Shown here piece by piece: positions 63,556-64,000 of a stretch of DNA of 64,000 nucleotides. This stretch comes from Octopus sinensis. Its lineage: Eukaryota. The notes beneath the pieces are model-generated. The model was not told the DNA's origin, searched no databases, and saw only the letters and a program-made list of their open reading frames with translations. The stretch is taken from positions 6,324,001 through 6,388,000 of the forward strand of contig NC_043002.1 in NCBI RefSeq assembly GCF_006345805.1, given 5' to 3'. Position 1 is the first letter of the stretch. Each line of letters opens with the position of its first letter. Made by a program: the position numbers and the translations under genes.

Positions 63556-63620
<65 letters not shown>
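63275..63620 (+). mobile_element. CR1 LINE 3' end with (ATT)n tail
   Basis: RKHFFTLRIAEAWNKLPASFVSCRSTASFKTSM...*, then 3' UTR and (ATT)n. Confidence 0.85.
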
Positions 63621-63621
<1 letters not shown>

Positions 63622-64000
63622 GTGGCTCATTCTCATCAGACAGGACACCTGTTCCTTGCAGGTTTAGCCATTTTGCCGTCCGAATAGACTAGAGCATATT
63701 ACATGAAGTGTTTTGCTCAAGAACACAACTCGTCGGCAGGTCCAGGAATTGAAACTACAACGTTAAGGTCATCAGTCCAACATCTGAACTGCTAACCCAC
63801 ACACCTCCACCATATATATATCAATACAAAATGGGACAAGAAAGCAAAACATTCAAATAGACGATACAAAAAACACGGACGAGTCATTCGAAGCCTCTAA
63901 TCTTCAATCAAGACCGGATCATCCTCGCAATTTCGGTTGATTAATCTTGAGATTGCTCCAATCTGGCCAGCCCCAAGGAAAAACTAAGCTACGAGCATTA

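Noticed and set aside
63855-63895. Decayed hammerhead-like motif in a PLE-type module at the window end
   Set aside because: Core reads TTGAAGA, GAAA is absent and stem II does not pair; too degenerate to call.

Overview
AT-rich (visually about one-third GC), eukaryotic, repeat-dominated window with no recognisable intact host gene. The compound (TA)n/(CA)n/(TACA)n/(AAT)n microsatellites, several tRNA-derived SINE families, RTE/CR1 LINEs, Penelope-like elements (PLEs), Tc1/mariner elements and a Helitron closely resemble an octopus (cephalopod) genome; this is inferred from repeat signature only. Most ORFs in the track are microsatellite translations. Recognisable coding remnants are: a 5'-truncated RTE with only two lesions (45932-48165), two further RTE-clade remnants, CR1-type 3' ends, two GIY-YIG PLE remnants, DD37D (maT), IS630/Tc1-like and mariner transposases, and an internally deleted Helitron Rep/PIF1. 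Best signals: (1) at least six minimal type I hammerhead-ribozyme folds from several families, three clustered on one strand at 26.2-26.6 kb, two families with a C-C-G-A-C-G-A core, plus a composite tRNA-head + (AAT)n + hammerhead element with inverted ribozyme termini at 44.1-45.4 kb; (2) three RTE insertions with twin-priming-type 5' inversions; (3) SINE/LINE 3'-tail partnerships, GGTA-targeted insertions and tail-to-internal SINE multimers; (4) two long near-perfect hairpins; (5) an unidentified, decayed, intronless reading frame at about 16.8-18.1 kb. All alignments and folds were done by eye.
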